Shown: positions 11,451 to 25,494, counted from the stretch's first letter. The stretch: 64,000 nucleotides of DNA from Octopus bimaculoides (GCF_001194135.2 NC_068992.1:10882819-10946818); one strand, 5' to 3'. Numbers and translations are program-made. The notes: generated by a model not told the origin, from the letters alone.

Positions 11451-12787
11451 AAATGTATCTGAATTAGATGGTCAAGTCATGCTGAGATGACCAGAAGAGA
11501 AAGAATTTGGTTTGAAACTCAGGTGGCAAGGGAGACATTGGTGACTTGGATATGTGTGTATGCGTGTGTGTGTGCATGGGAGTACAAGTGTGTGTGCATG
11601 TATAAGAAACTATATATGCATGTATACTCTGTCTGTTTATGTGTGTGTATGGGCATGAGTATGTGTGTGTGGCTATCTGACATGTGTATTCATATGGGGC
11701 TATTAGACAGGAGTTTGTATGTGTGTGTGTGTATGTGTGTGTGTGTATGTGCGTGTGTGTGTGTGTGTGCAAGCCCGTGTGAATGAAGCTACTGTGTGCA
11801 TGCATACTATGTGCATTTAACATGTGCATGTGTATGCGATTTATTTCCTGTTTATTTGTGTGTAAGTGGCTAACAGACTTCTGTGTGTGTATGCATACAC
11901 ATGTGTGACACTATTGCATGTGTGCATATTGTATGTGTCTGTGTGTGTGTGTGTATGTGCGTGATTGAGTGTGTGTATGTCCTGTTTACAGTTGGCGTAT
12001 GTGTGTGTGTGTTATGAAGCTGATATGTGAGTGTATATATTACATGTTTGTGCATGTGTAAATATGTATGGGCGCTTGTAAGTGTGAGACCATCTGATGC
12101 ATGTGTGTTGCCGGAAGATGCTCGATGTGTCATTCTTGATAGAAGTGTTAAGTAGAATAAAGGTGACAAAAGTGGTCTGTGTTGGGAAGCGAGGGTATGT
12201 GATTGTATATTTGCCATTGCAGGTGTAAGAATGGACATGGAAATGTGGATGCTGGTTTGTGGAATGAGCAAAAGGAGTGTAAGTGTGCACATATGTCAGG
12301 ACTAGTGTGTGTGGTGTAGAAGTAGGAGGTGTGCAGGTGTGTAGATGTATATATTTAGTTTAGACAAAAAATAGTGTGCATGGTATGGGTAATAAATTAA
12401 ACAATGTAGGGTTGGAGAGGGAGAAAGGAAGGAAGGTAAGAAGTGTGGTGTGTACAAATGTGTGTTGCGGTGGAATAAATGAAGAGGGATGGAGAATTAA
12501 GACCATGTGGGACTGAGATGTGGAGAGCAAAATTTAATTCCTCTTCCAAATGGAAGCAGGAGTCCAGATGGCCTCTTTGCAAGACCAGTTCAAACATAGA
12601 CCGATATTGCAAGTTATGGCTACTCAAGCAAAAATGGCATGACACCAGAGTAGGAGGTTGAGGAGTCAGAAAGGAGTTGGCAGAAAGCACAAAAAATGGT
12701 GTGTAATGGGAGTAGGGTGGAGGGATGGTAGGCAAATCTGCACATATACATATACCTAAATACATACGTACATACATACATACATAC

Positions 12788-12910
12788 ATACAAAAATACC
12801 CTGTTGTTAATGTTGAAATTCCAATGAAGGAGCCTTGGATCTAGGTTGGAAACCAGCTCTTTCTCTGTTGGCAAGAAATCTTGAATTAAAACTGAACAAT
12901 GACATACATT
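12788..12910 (+). mobile_element. Probable isolated 3' UTR of the RLE LINE family seen at 59561
   Basis: Starts CAAAAATACCCTGTTGTTAATGTTG, like ACAAAAATACCCTGTTATTGATATTG near 60013. Flanked by (CATA)n and GACATACA. Confidence 0.5.
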
Positions 12911-13939
12911 CACACACTTGCTCAAGATGCCAGGCAGTGTGATTGAACAAAGAATGATGTGGTTGCAAAGCAAATGTTTGGCACCCATGTATTTGCTAAT
13001 AAAGCCATTACTTAAAAAAATAAAATCAGAAAATTTATTGAGAGATAATCAGCTGTTACATTGAAGTTATTATAGAATTTGATTTAGTGGCCCGAATTCT
13101 AGGATTCTGAATATGAGAGGATTAAGCTTAAATAAATAATATACAGAGTCAACATGGTTTCTCAGAGTATTTTAAAGGCAGTGCAACATATTTGAAAAGA
13201 TATGCCAGTGGAGTTCGACAAAATGTGTTCTAGAATTTAATTTCAAACTGAGCAGCTTCCTATTTAATATCATTAATTTGTTTAAACTTCTTGTTAAAGT
13301 GTCAGGTCTTTAACTCCACCTTAATGTTTTCACCTGATGATTTACAAGGAATAACCACCAATTCTTATCTCATGGAATGCTATACATACATATATACACA
13401 CTTAACATATATATTCGTTTTCAGATATATATTGTTTTGTCATTCCTCTGTCATAATGTTTAGAAAATAACATTTATATGAAAAAGGTATGATTTTAAAA
13501 ATCGCTTAAGTATAAATATGTGGTCATTTATTCCTCAAGAATTTAGGCAGAACCTGTATAGGATGAAGTGTTAATAGCCTGAATCAAATTGGCTTTTGTA
13601 ATGGTGTCCAAGTGGCCTGATAAATCTCAATTTGGGTTTAATATTATTAACGGTTACTATTGTTGTGTAAAATCTACCATTTTTACTTGATGATGATGTG
13701 AAGTGAGATAGCTGATTCTAAAGAGAATGTCATCTATTTCAATTTATTCTGCTATTCGTTTTCCTATTCAATGTCTCCTTGGTATTTTTAGATCTGTCTT
13801 CATTCTTTTCATTCATTATAAATCATGGTTAGAATGGTTTTCTATTTTCTCTTCTTTTTTTGACAAATTTAAATGTAAACTTGTAAACTTCAGGGCTGGG
13901 GATTACTTTGCAAATATTTGTTCTGACTATTTACATTGG

Positions 13940-14345
13940 AGCGTGACTGTGTGGTTAAAAAGTGAGCTTCACAGTCATGTGCTTTGCGGATAGGGGGCGT
14001 GGTGGGGGTGGGGGTTTCACTCTCACTGTGTGCTACTTTGAGAAAGTCTTTACTACCTGGGCAAATCAACACCTTGATACTCTGAGTGAATTTGGCAGAC
14101 AGAAGCTGTGAAAGCTCTTCATGTATGTGTATATATGTATGTGTGTGCATCTGTGTGTGAGTTTTTGTGTTTGTTCCCCCATCACTCAACAAACTGGTGC
14201 TGGTTTGTTTATGTCCTTCTGACTTAATGTTTTGGCAAAATCAACCAGCTGAATAAGTTCTAGACTTTAAAGCAAGCATGAACTGTGGTTGATTTGTTCA
14301 GTTAATTCTTCTTGGCTGTGATTCAGCATTGCTGCGGTGATATAG
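13940..14345 (+). mobile_element. SINE family D, near full length and diverged
   Basis: GTGTGGTTAAAAAGT head, CTTTGTGAGTGAATTTGG-like middle, internal (GT)n, then TGTTCCCCCATCACTCAACAAC...CAGCATTGCTGCGG. Collinear with 42275-42600. Confidence 0.65.
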
Positions 14346-14504
14346 TTTCAATACTGTTTCTATAATTTTTAAGGGAAGCTTCCATGGATTGCACGCCTAT
14401 GATAAATACTCCCTTGGTCCTCTCAATCTTGTCCAGCGTGTGAGAGCTGGAGAGAGCTGTACTAGCATTGGCATTGGTATTCATTTTCCATTGAATAACA
14501 TTGT

Positions 14505-14625
14505 GTAATGAAGTTCCTTACTTAAGCAGACAATAATGTTGCTCTTAGTTCAAGTATTGAACCCGTCACCTTTATCAGTATAAACCCAACTTTCTAACCA
14601 CTCAGCCACGCACCTTCACACTGGG
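14505..14625 (-). mobile_element. tRNA-derived SINE head with start of a CORE-like segment
   Basis: Minus strand shows A box TGGCTGAGTGG and B box GGTTCAATAC, followed by TTGTCTGCTTAAGTAAGGAACTTCA. Confidence 0.5.
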
Positions 14626-15264
14626 TAGGAAGTAAACATTTTAGTATTAAGATGCATGATGCAAGAACTGCATCTAGTGATGGTGGTGGTGGCGACAGCA
14701 GCAGTGGGGGTAGTAGGGGCAGTGGTGGTGGTGTTGGCACCGTTAGTGGGAGTGGTTATGGTGATGGTAGTGGTGATGGTAGTGGTGGTGGTGACGGGAT
14801 GGTGGTGGTAGTGGTGGTGGCGATGCTGGTGATGGCAGTGATTATTGAGGTTGTGATCATAGTAGTGGTGTTGGTGGTGATGATGATTATGCTGCAGCTA
14901 CTGATGATGATGATGATACTATCAAGTAAATTAATGAGGGCAGAATGCTGTATCCTGTTTCAAAACTCGGTGCTTGTAATCAATTTGTAAAATTCAAATA
15001 TTCAATACATTAAATATGTTAACACTTAACTTAACTATTGATTTTCATGTGGATTGTGGCAGATCTGTGTTATTTATTCTGAAAATAATAATATTTTTCT
15101 ATGCCAACCAGTGTACAGAGAATATTGTACATTTACTTGGTGATTCTTTCAATACTATCAGCAAGTCTGGTGAAATCTATGTTTTGCTGATAAGTCTATA
15201 ATATGACTAAAACATGTCTATACTTGTCTCCCATCCTTAGTGAAATAATTAAAATGTTATTGGT

Positions 15265-15476
15265 CTTAAATTTCAGCACAAGGCCAGTAATTCTGCAGGA
15301 GAGGTAAGTCAATTAGACTGACTCCAGCGCTCAACTGGTAATTGTTTCTTCGACCCTGAAAAGATGAAAGTCAAAGCTAACTCTGGCAAAATTTGAACTC
15401 AGAATGTAAAGACAGATGAAATACCACTATGCATCTTGCCTCATGGGCTAACAACTCTGCCGGCTTGCTACCTGAA
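15265..15476 (-). mobile_element. SINE family C
   Basis: GCACAAGGCCAG...GACCCTGAAAAGATGAAAGTCAAAG...AATTTGAACTCAGAATGTAAAGACAGATGAAATACC. Confidence 0.75.
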
Positions 15477-15642
15477 TAATTAAAGTAATATTAATCAATG
15501 ATTAATATCGTGTTCTGTTTTTTCTCACCATATAATTATTTTGATGCTCCTCAAATAAGTTTAATGCTAAATCGAGGTTCAGAGTAAATACCTGATTTTT
15601 TGACAGAAGTGACAACAAAAAAAAAAGGCACTCATAGCTGGG

Positions 15643-15693
15643 CCCTGTATGCCACAAGGCTCTGTATGCCACTAAGCCTTGTATGCCACTAGG
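15643..15693. repeat. 17-bp tandem triplication
   Basis: CCCTGTATGCCACAAGG / CTCTGTATGCCACTAAG / CCTTGTATGCCACTAGG. Confidence 0.9.
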
Positions 15694-15871
15694 TATTTCA
15701 CCCAGTGTGCTAATGATTCTGTCAGCTTGTACCTTAGGGGTGTATAAAATATTGATGTACATTTACCTTCCTTATCCCAATAGGACACAGCCCTGGTTTA
15801 ACCTTCTACATGCAAAAACACGTCTTATTTCTAAAAATTAACCTCTTCAGCTGCTATGGGAGTGTCTAAGT

Positions 15872-16017
15872 CAAGCATGGGCAACATTATTTGAAAAGTG
15901 GGCTACATGAAACTTGGTTCATCATGGGGTGGTCTGCACTGCTAAAAAATATTCAAAGTAATTTTTCATTAGTGCACCATTCAGAAAGTCCTGTAGGCTA
16001 AAGTTTGTCCATGACTG
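15872..16017. mobile_element. hAT (Charlie-like) MITE
   Basis: Ends CAAGCATGGGCAAC and GTTTGTCCATGACTG are imperfect TIRs. The body (GTGCCATTCAGAAAGTC-like) is shared with 17304-17450. Confidence 0.55.
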
Positions 16018-17303
16018 CACTGAGTAGTCAGTCGATCTGCTAGAAATAGCAGTCAAATCTTCCTAAACTCAATTACGATCATAAAAATGTGTCAGTACTT
16101 TCGATACTCTTGGATATAGTAAATCTAGAAATACAACTGATCAGTTACAGCTAGAATGCTTTTGCTCGCAGAAAAGCTCCCTCAGAAATAATTTGGGGCT
16201 AAATATTTTCAATGCTAATAGTTGTCCTTTTTTACGAAAAATGATAGATGTTTAGGAAATGTATTTGGTTAACAAAAAAAATATGAGAAAAAAAATTAAT
16301 AGTTTTGTTGCTGCCAAAATGCCACTCCCTCTGCGGTATCTCATGGTTAAACATATTAACTTGATGAATGGTTAAATATATTCACTTAATGAAAGAAGGA
16401 ATGACTAAATTTATCACCAGTGATGAGTAATATAAGCAGATGTATCAATGTGCATCTTAGAAAATAATGATTAATAACCCCCTCACACGTGTGTGCACAA
16501 ATGTGTGTATGTGTGTAGTTTTACAAAAATTTATACATACATGTATACAATATGTATAATGTGCGTGTATATATATATATATATACATACATACANNNNN
16601 NNNNNNNNNNNNNNNNNNNNNNNNNNNNNNNNNNNNNNNNNNNNNNNNNNNNNNNNNNNNNNNNNNNNNNNNNNNNNNNNNNNNNNNNNNNNNNNNNNNN
16701 NNNNNNNNNNNNNNNNNNNNNNNNNNNNNNNNNNNNNNNNNNNNNNNNNNNNNNNNNNNNNNNNNNNNNNNNCATACATATAAGCAACAATGATGATGAC
16801 GATGATGGTGATGATGATGATGATGCACAAGTTTTGTGTAAATTAATGCTAGATCTATTCACCAATGAGTGACCAGATTGCTGAATTTAGTTATAACTGA
16901 ATTAAAGATGGTACGCAACATCTCTTCAGAGTATTGTTTTCTCTATAAATCATAGTTAAAGATTTTTATCTCAATTTCTCAATTGTTTTTTTTATTTTTT
17001 AGATTGTATTTACACATTGGATTCACAATATTTGGACATTATAATATAATAATGGATAATGATTAAATTAATTAGTTCAGCAAAACCTAATCTAAAGAGA
17101 AAAATAACTTATTGGAATATCTCTAGAAAGATTCACTCTCTGAGACAGCCACACCTGGGGTATTCTACCTGAAGCTGCTAGGTCATTGCCTTAGATTTTT
17201 TTTTTATGGGTTTGATCATTTATTTCTGTTAAAATCCCTTGTGATCCTTAGAAATTTACAATTTCATTCCAATCAGTATCGTGTAAGCTAGCTGTGTTTA
17301 GAT

Positions 17304-17450
17304 TAAGTATGGACAATATTTGTTTGAGAAGCAGGTCTCATGAGACATGGCTTATCATCAAACAGGCTGTGCTACTAAAAAAATGCAAATTAATTCTTCA
17401 TTAAGTGTGCCATTCAGAAAGTCGTATGGGCTAGTGTATGTCCATGGCTC
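17304..17450. mobile_element. hAT (Charlie-like) MITE, second copy
   Basis: Same body as 15872. Flanks GTTTAGAT and GTTTAAAC resemble a decayed 8-bp target-site duplication. Confidence 0.55.
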
Positions 17451-18188
17451 GTTTAAACCTTCTTATCCTTACTTTCCTATTTTTAAATAGCTTACCAAGT
17501 GGAATTACCTGAGCTAGCAATGAGCCAAAAGGAAAGCCTCTGAGTGGTTATTAAATCTGCTAGAAGCATCAACCAAATCTCTCTTGAATCATGTCCTACT
17601 GTCTTAAACAAAAAAGACATATTTGATAATTTGGTCTTAAATAGATGGAAGAGTCATGGCTGGAATTTGATCAATTATAGGTCAGATGAACCAGAGCAGA
17701 CCTGGTACCAAGCAACAAGACTCTATGATGAGTGACTTTAGCTGCAAAATGTCTGTCAAATCAAATGCCCGACTCAAAACCAGGAAAGACACTCTAGACA
17801 CTGGTCATGGTTGGAATGTCTTTGATAATAAGGTTGCCCAATCAGAGTTTTCTTGGTTCTGAGCAAAGCAAAACAACAAACTCCTGTTTGTTGTTTACTG
17901 AGCAGTAAATACTTAAAGCAACAAAGAAAGAGTACCAAACGCATCCAGAGAGGTTATAATAAAATTAAGGAATTACATAATTAAAATATAATAATATAAT
18001 GCTCCTGCTGTTTCTATATGTTATAATCATTGGTTGATAATAAATTATCAGCATAAAAGAATGTAATGCTAGAATAAGCATAAAAAGGAAAGAATTCATT
18101 AAACAGAGTTTGATTTATAATGTATTATCAGAACTTTTAATTATTTGAAAAAATATTGTAAATATATAGGTGTATTGTTTGTATAGTA

Positions 18189-18298
18189 TTGTTGGCACTC
18201 CGTCGCTTATGACGTCGAGGGTTCCAGTTGAACCGATCAACGGAACAGCCTGCTCGTGAAATTAACGTGCAAGTGGCTGAGCACTCCACAGACACGTG
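18189..18298 (-). mobile_element. SINE family B, 3' fragment
   Basis: Reverse complement of the last ~110 bp of 30951-31333 (GCTCAGCCACTTGCACGTTAATTTCACGAGCAGGCTGTTCC...GGAGTGCCAAC). Confidence 0.85.
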
Positions 18299-20262
18299 AA
18301 ACTTATAATGTACATAAAATGGCCAGAAGAGGCCAAAGTGTAAATGATTATACAGCTTATCACCACCACCACCACCACCACCACCACCACCACCACCACC
18401 ACCACCATCACTATAATTTTACTTATGCTTATGTTTTTGCATGGGATTATGGGATCTCTCTCCAGCGAGTTGTCTTGTGTCACAGTTATTTGTCCCATTC
18501 TTATAAATTTCAACATCTTGACATCAGTTTCACAACTTCTTTCCATCACTAACTTGGTCTCTGTCCCTTCCACATGTTACATCAGCTTGAAGCATTCTAT
18601 GATTCTTTATACACCTGATTTCCTCAATATGCAGTCAGTGCCAATACCAGAATTGTTTTCTCTTTTACACATTATGTCTGATTCTTTTAATATTCAGTTT
18701 TTCTTTCACCTCCTTTCTGTTCCTTTGTTTATGCACATCAAGTAGAGAATATTCACCTTTTTTTGCCTTTTGAATCTGCACGAATTCAAAGCATTAAAAA
18801 TCTGCATTTTGTTGCCATGCAGCATCACACATCATACTTCAAGCTTCATACAGTCTAGCCATCAATGAGGTGTGTGTGTGTGTGTGGGGTGGTGGTGCTA
18901 CAGTTCAGAGTTGAAATACCAAATGATCATTAGACACCATCTGACATCATGTCCTCCTGCTCAAGGCTACATAAATACTCACACACACAAATACATATAT
19001 ATGTATATACACATATATACAAATATATATTTGAATTTATGTTTATAAATCTCTCTCTCTCTCGCTGTATATATATATATATCTATATATATATATCTAT
19101 ATATATATATATATATATATATCTATATGTATATATATATATACATACACGCATACATATATATATATATATATGTGTATATAAATGTATATATGTGCAT
19201 ATATATGAATGTAAGTATATGTGTATATATATATGTATGTATGTAAGTATGTATATATCTACTGAAAATATACATAAAATAATATAATACATAAAATATA
19301 TTTTTCTCGATCAAGCAATTCATGAAACCTCATCGTACAAACTAGTTAACCATGAATACAGACTATCCTGCTAAATAGATATATATTCTGTAGTTTAGTG
19401 GGGAGGTAGGGGTTGGGGCCAAGGGGTTAAAACAAGGCCACACACACATGCACGCACATATACATAGATATACGTACATATGCACAAATCAGTGTGTGTG
19501 TTTGTATGTGCATTCTATGATATATATATATATATATACATATACTTATATACATACATACATATACTTAAACATGTGTGTGTATGTATGCATGTATTAT
19601 GTTTTTATATGATATACATACATTATTAGTCATTTTATTAGTTGTAATCCAAAGTTCATTTTGTAGTTTTTTCTTAGATGAGAGTTCTGGAGACAGGAGA
19701 AACAAACCTTCAAACATAATAAAATTTTTAGTTTTTCACTTCACTGACCCATGTTATTTTATAGGCAGCTTATCTGAATTAAAACCAACATAAAAACTTG
19801 GCATTCAGACAAATCCCCAACTTTAAAACCCAGTCTTAAAAGATAAAAGCATGTCACTGCTGACTGGTCTTGGAGACTTTGAATGTTTGTGTGCGTGTCT
19901 GTATAAACAAACAAACAAATATTAGTGCGCATGTGTGTATATGTGTGTGTGTTCATGTGTAAGTGCGTGTGTATGAGTGTGTGTAGTGCAAGGCCATGGG
20001 TGTGAGAGTAACAAGAAAAAATATGTAGAAGAAGATAAAATATATATATATATAAAAAACATGATGAGAGCCATGACAAAAAGAGCAAATGCTATTTGAA
20101 TACGTGTGTGTATGTGCATGAGTATGTATCTATCTATAAATCTGTATATATATGTATGTGTATATATTTATATATATATATATATATAAATATATATCTG
20201 CATATGTGTACACACATATATATGCATGTATGTATAAATGTATATATATGCACGTGTGTATA

Positions 20263-20324
<62 letters not shown>

Positions 20325-20793
20325 GATAGATAGATAGATAGATAGATATAGAAATAGGTATACGCATACATATACGCATACATGCATATACATATGTATA
20401 TGTATATGCATANNNNNNNNNNNNNNNNNNNNNNNNNNNNNNNNNNNTATATATATATATATATATATACATATATATATGTATATAAGTATACATATAT
20501 ATATATTATATACATAAATATATGTGTGCATATAAATATATGCATACGTGTGTATATATATATATATAAATATATTGATATATATGTATAAATATATATA
20601 GCTATAGATAGATAAATCAATAGAGAGATAGTTAGACAGATAAACAGACAGACAAATAGAGACACAGATAAACAGATAGATAGACAGACAGACAGGCACA
20701 TATGCAGACAGACAGGCAGACGGACAGATATGTAGATAAACACGTCTGTCTGCATCTCTGTCTGTATGTCTATATGTGTGTATGTATGTATCA

Positions 20794-20838
<45 letters not shown>

Positions 20839-22415
20839 ATATGGAGAAAAATATGTGTGCGTGAGTATTAGTTGCCTAAATGTATGCTTTTGTGTATTTA
20901 TATAAACATTTATTTCAGTTTTATATTTTTGTAAAAGTTATAAAAACAAAATATTCTATCTCTTTCGTTTATATCAGACCTTTTCTCTTCATGTCGTTCT
21001 TCTTAATAAATTCAATATTATATTTGTGGAAGAGTTTGTGCTGTGTACGAACTATGTGTGTGAGGGTGTACATGCATACATACAAACACACACACACACA
21101 TTTTTACATATATGTACATATATATATATATATATATGTATAAATATATTCACATATATGCATATATGTATGCATATATACATGTGTATATAGAAATGTA
21201 TATACATGTATATATATATGCATATATTTATACATATATATATATGTACATATATATATATTTATATATATATAATACGCATATATTTATGCATATGTAT
21301 ATATATATATATACATACACATACATATATTCATATATGTTCACACATACTCAGACACACACACACACACATACATGCACACATGCATGTATCATCTATG
21401 GCACCTTTCACATATATACGTACATGTGGGGTGTTTATATGTGAGTACACACACATATATTTTAATGTGTTGGTACATGTGTATTTGACAATTCAGAGGT
21501 ATTAATACACATACATACATTCAATCACACACAACCACACACATACACATTTACATACACACACACACATGCACATACTTGCACAAATCATGTATATTTG
21601 TTATCATTTGTCGAATTGTTGATTTATCCTTTCTGATATTTTTGTGCTTCTGTTTTTTTTTATAATAATATTGTTATTTAACCATCTTACCTAAAGAAAG
21701 GAATGTTTTGTGTCAGCAATGGATAAAATTGACTGGTTCCTGAAGATTTTCTTGATCAAATATTGACAGCTATTTTTCTTTTTTCATTTCGTCTTTTTTT
21801 TTTTTTTCATTTTGAGGAAATCGTAACTTTGAAAATTAATTTTTAAAGAAACCATACTTTTTCTTAATTTCTTGCATTATGGCTGTTATTAAAGTAACAT
21901 CTAATGGACTGATTGTATAGGATATTTTACAATGAACTGAGGTGGGGTTGGAGTCAGCAATTTATATGTCACAGCCTTTCCACTCTGATGAAGTCAGTAG
22001 AAGTGTCCTCTATTTTAAATCAAGGGAATTGGCAGCACTCAAGACTCTTCACAGGCCACCAAAACAGTGGAATAGAGGGAGCAAGGCATCTTCAAATTAG
22101 AGATTCGATCCAATTGCTTGAAACAGAGAGGCCTCTGTGGCAGGTATACAAAGTACTTGGTGGTGGTGGGGGTGTAAAACTTGCTACCAGATTAACCCTA
22201 CTATTCATGGAAGGATTTGAATTCAGAATGCATAAAGCAAAAACCAATACTGTCAGGAATCTTGTTTGACATTCTTAAAGTCTGCTCACTTGACCTCTCT
22301 GAATTGGTATTATATATTATGGTATTATATATTATGTCTGGAAAGATAAAAGGCAAAGTTCTTCCAGTTGGAATTTGAACTCAGACCAGAGCAATTCAAA
22401 ACAAATAATCTAAGT

Positions 22416-22566
22416 ACATTATTTACATTATTTACATTTGACAGATATTGTCCTCATCTTGTTTGTTATTAACACAACGTTTCGGCTGATATACCCTCCA
22501 GCCTTCATCAGGTGTCTTGGGGAAGTTTTGAACCTGGGTTCTCATCCTTAAGGCATTTCTCGATGT
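22416..22566 (-). mobile_element. Solo Penelope-like terminal repeat carrying a hammerhead ribozyme
   Basis: About 150 bp with no ORF, lying between an (AAC)n tract and an ATGTAAATA repeat. Assigned to PLEs from the minimal hammerhead it contains. Confidence 0.6.
22471..22516 (-). ncRNA. Minimal type I hammerhead ribozyme motif (PLE type)
   Basis: Minus strand: GACAC-CTGATGA-A-GGCTG-gagggtatat-CAGCC-GAAA-CG-TT-GTGTT. Stem I is 5 bp, stem II is 5 bp, the core is intact, stem III is palindromic ACGT, and the cleavage triplet is GUU. Confidence 0.75.
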
Positions 22567-23578
22567 TGTTGTTGTTGTTGCTGCTGTTGTTTTAGCCCCA
22601 GGAAAACATCTTTTCCAGCTGGCTATCGATGCACAGTTTGTGTATGTATAGCATTTGCAAGATGGGACATCACTCCCATCTGTAGCCTTATATGATACTC
22701 ACAGGCCTAAGTTTCTGTAGGGGTTACCCATCCTCAGTGTGAGACACCACAGGCTAGTAGTGAAAGCTCTCGCCACTCGCAAATACTATATATTCTTTAA
22801 GCGACACACAGTCGCTCATCCAAATGAATTCTTGTAATATGAATGATATTAAAAGATTTTACAGCTGAAACAGTGCAAGTTTTCCATCATGTATTGGTCT
22901 TTTCAAGAACTGTATACATTCATTTCCAAAATTTTTATTTCCATTCATTTTGTAATGACCTTTAATAGGACACTGTGTTTGTGTGTGTGTGTGTGTATAT
23001 GTGTGTGTGATTAATTATCATTCTACTGAGCCAAGGAAGGAATAGTGCTAAACATCAATAGCAACAACTGCTTCGTAGGTGTATCAAAGCCACTTAACTC
23101 ACAATGGCTCCATTGACATACCAATCAATAAGCACCTCAATGCAAAATGAGCTCTCAGCTTCAGGACTAATATTTCATTAGTTTGTAGCGATGATTTCGC
23201 ATCTTCTCAATGTAGTTTAAAGTAAAATGAAAGAGCTCTGAGAAGACTGTAATGATTGATGTTCTTGTTGATTTTTAAATGCAGATTCAGTTATTGTTAA
23301 ATATAATTTGGCATTTGTTTTGCATTCTCCAAAATTTTGTTGTCTTTTATAATGGCATGCATCTGTAAAAGTTACATTTTCCCTAACATAGCTTTACGTC
23401 AATGGTACATTTTTGAAAATGGGAACATAAGCTCTTGTGTTTCTAGGATTGTGAGTATAGACATGCGGTGGCACTTCATTTTCGGCATATTATTTTATTT
23501 TGCTTGCACCCATACACACGCACACGCATGTGCTTGACTAAACACATACACATACATATATGCATATATAAATATATA

Positions 23579-23636
<58 letters not shown>

Positions 23637-24216
23637 TATACATACATACANNNNNNNNNNATATATATACACACATATACATACATACAGACATAATATG
23701 TATTCATGTTTATATATATATATATATATATATATACAAATATTGCATACACACACACACACATATATGGATTCATATATATATATAAACACATACATAC
23801 ACATATGCATGTATTTATGTAATATTAAAAGTTCAAATTTTTAGATATCTTTGTTTTGTAGACTTGTCATAATTCTCAAAGGAATATATGGTGATTATGC
23901 AACCTGTTTAAGAAGCAAACATATTTATGTAAAAATCTGAACTTTTAATATTGTCTTTGACTCTTTTTGATTTATATATTTATTATTGATTTTTTTTTTC
24001 ATGTACAAGAGTTTAGAAACACTTACATATCCAAATATACATAAATATAGATATAGATGAAATACAAGTAAACATACCTGCATGTATATATAAAGACAAT
24101 ACAAACCTACATGAACACACATACATATATATATACAAACACATACATGCATATATATTCATATGTACATACATATACCTGTATACAGATTTATGAGTGT
24201 ATGCTTATATGTATAA

Positions 24217-24267
<51 letters not shown>

Positions 24268-24813
24268 GGTATGAGAAAAAAGAGCTTACTGTGCAACATA
24301 CAAAAGACAAAACCAAACAAATTTACAGAAGAGGAAAATGATATAAAAATTTAACAATAATAATTAACTACTTAAAGTACAAGGTTAAGTGAAATATCTT
24401 TCAATAAGATTTTACACAGAAGGACAGCAAAAAAAAAAAGAAAAGAAAATNNNNNNNNNNAAAAAAAAAAAAAAAGAAAATGAAGACAAGCATAAACCAA
24501 TAGACTTTATAGAACAGGATGATATAATAAGATATAAACAAAGCATTTTCCTTCATCAGCTATTAATTGAACCTTCACTATGGTTTCAGACTCCTTCTGA
24601 TGGATCTACTTGACTTAGCAGTGTTTGGTGGCTGTAATTGGAGCTTTCAGGGATACATAGTAAAGAAGAATGCTTGTGTTATATTATTTTATATATATTA
24701 TATACATATGTATGTATGTATATATACACACACATATATATATATATATATACACATACGAATGCACACGCAGACACACACACCAACATATACGCATTAT
24801 TCACAGACATATA

Positions 24814-24892
<79 letters not shown>

Positions 24893-25422
24893 AGCATACA
24901 TACATGCTTGTATTTCCAATGTCTAACTACAGTGCAGCCCCTGTGAGTTCCCTGACATGCTAAAAACAGCAACCAGATTACCCTCAAATTATACCCCAAT
25001 GTCTTAAAAAAAGAAGGACACAATGCAGTCTCTAATATACAAAAAGACATGATTCTAAGGACATTTTTTTCACAGCAGTTCTGCTCAGTCATGGCTGATC
25101 CCAGGCTAAAGAGCTACAAATACATATATGTATGTAATTGTTAAGATGGAGCTGGTAGTCTGAAACATTTGTTGCTTTTACAAGGCTGGAAGAGGAGACA
25201 AAGGCAGAGGCAAGGGGCAGTATAGATTTGTAGTATTGAGATAATCATTAATATCCAATGTTTTCCTTTCTAGAATCACTACATAAATGCTAAACCATTA
25301 GCAATAATCCAAACACCAAATATAATTGTGTCTCAGAGGAGACTTTCCATTTAAGCCAACCAATGTCAATATACATATAAATATATACAAATATATATAC
25401 AAATATATATACATACATAAAT

Positions 25423-25494
<72 letters not shown>

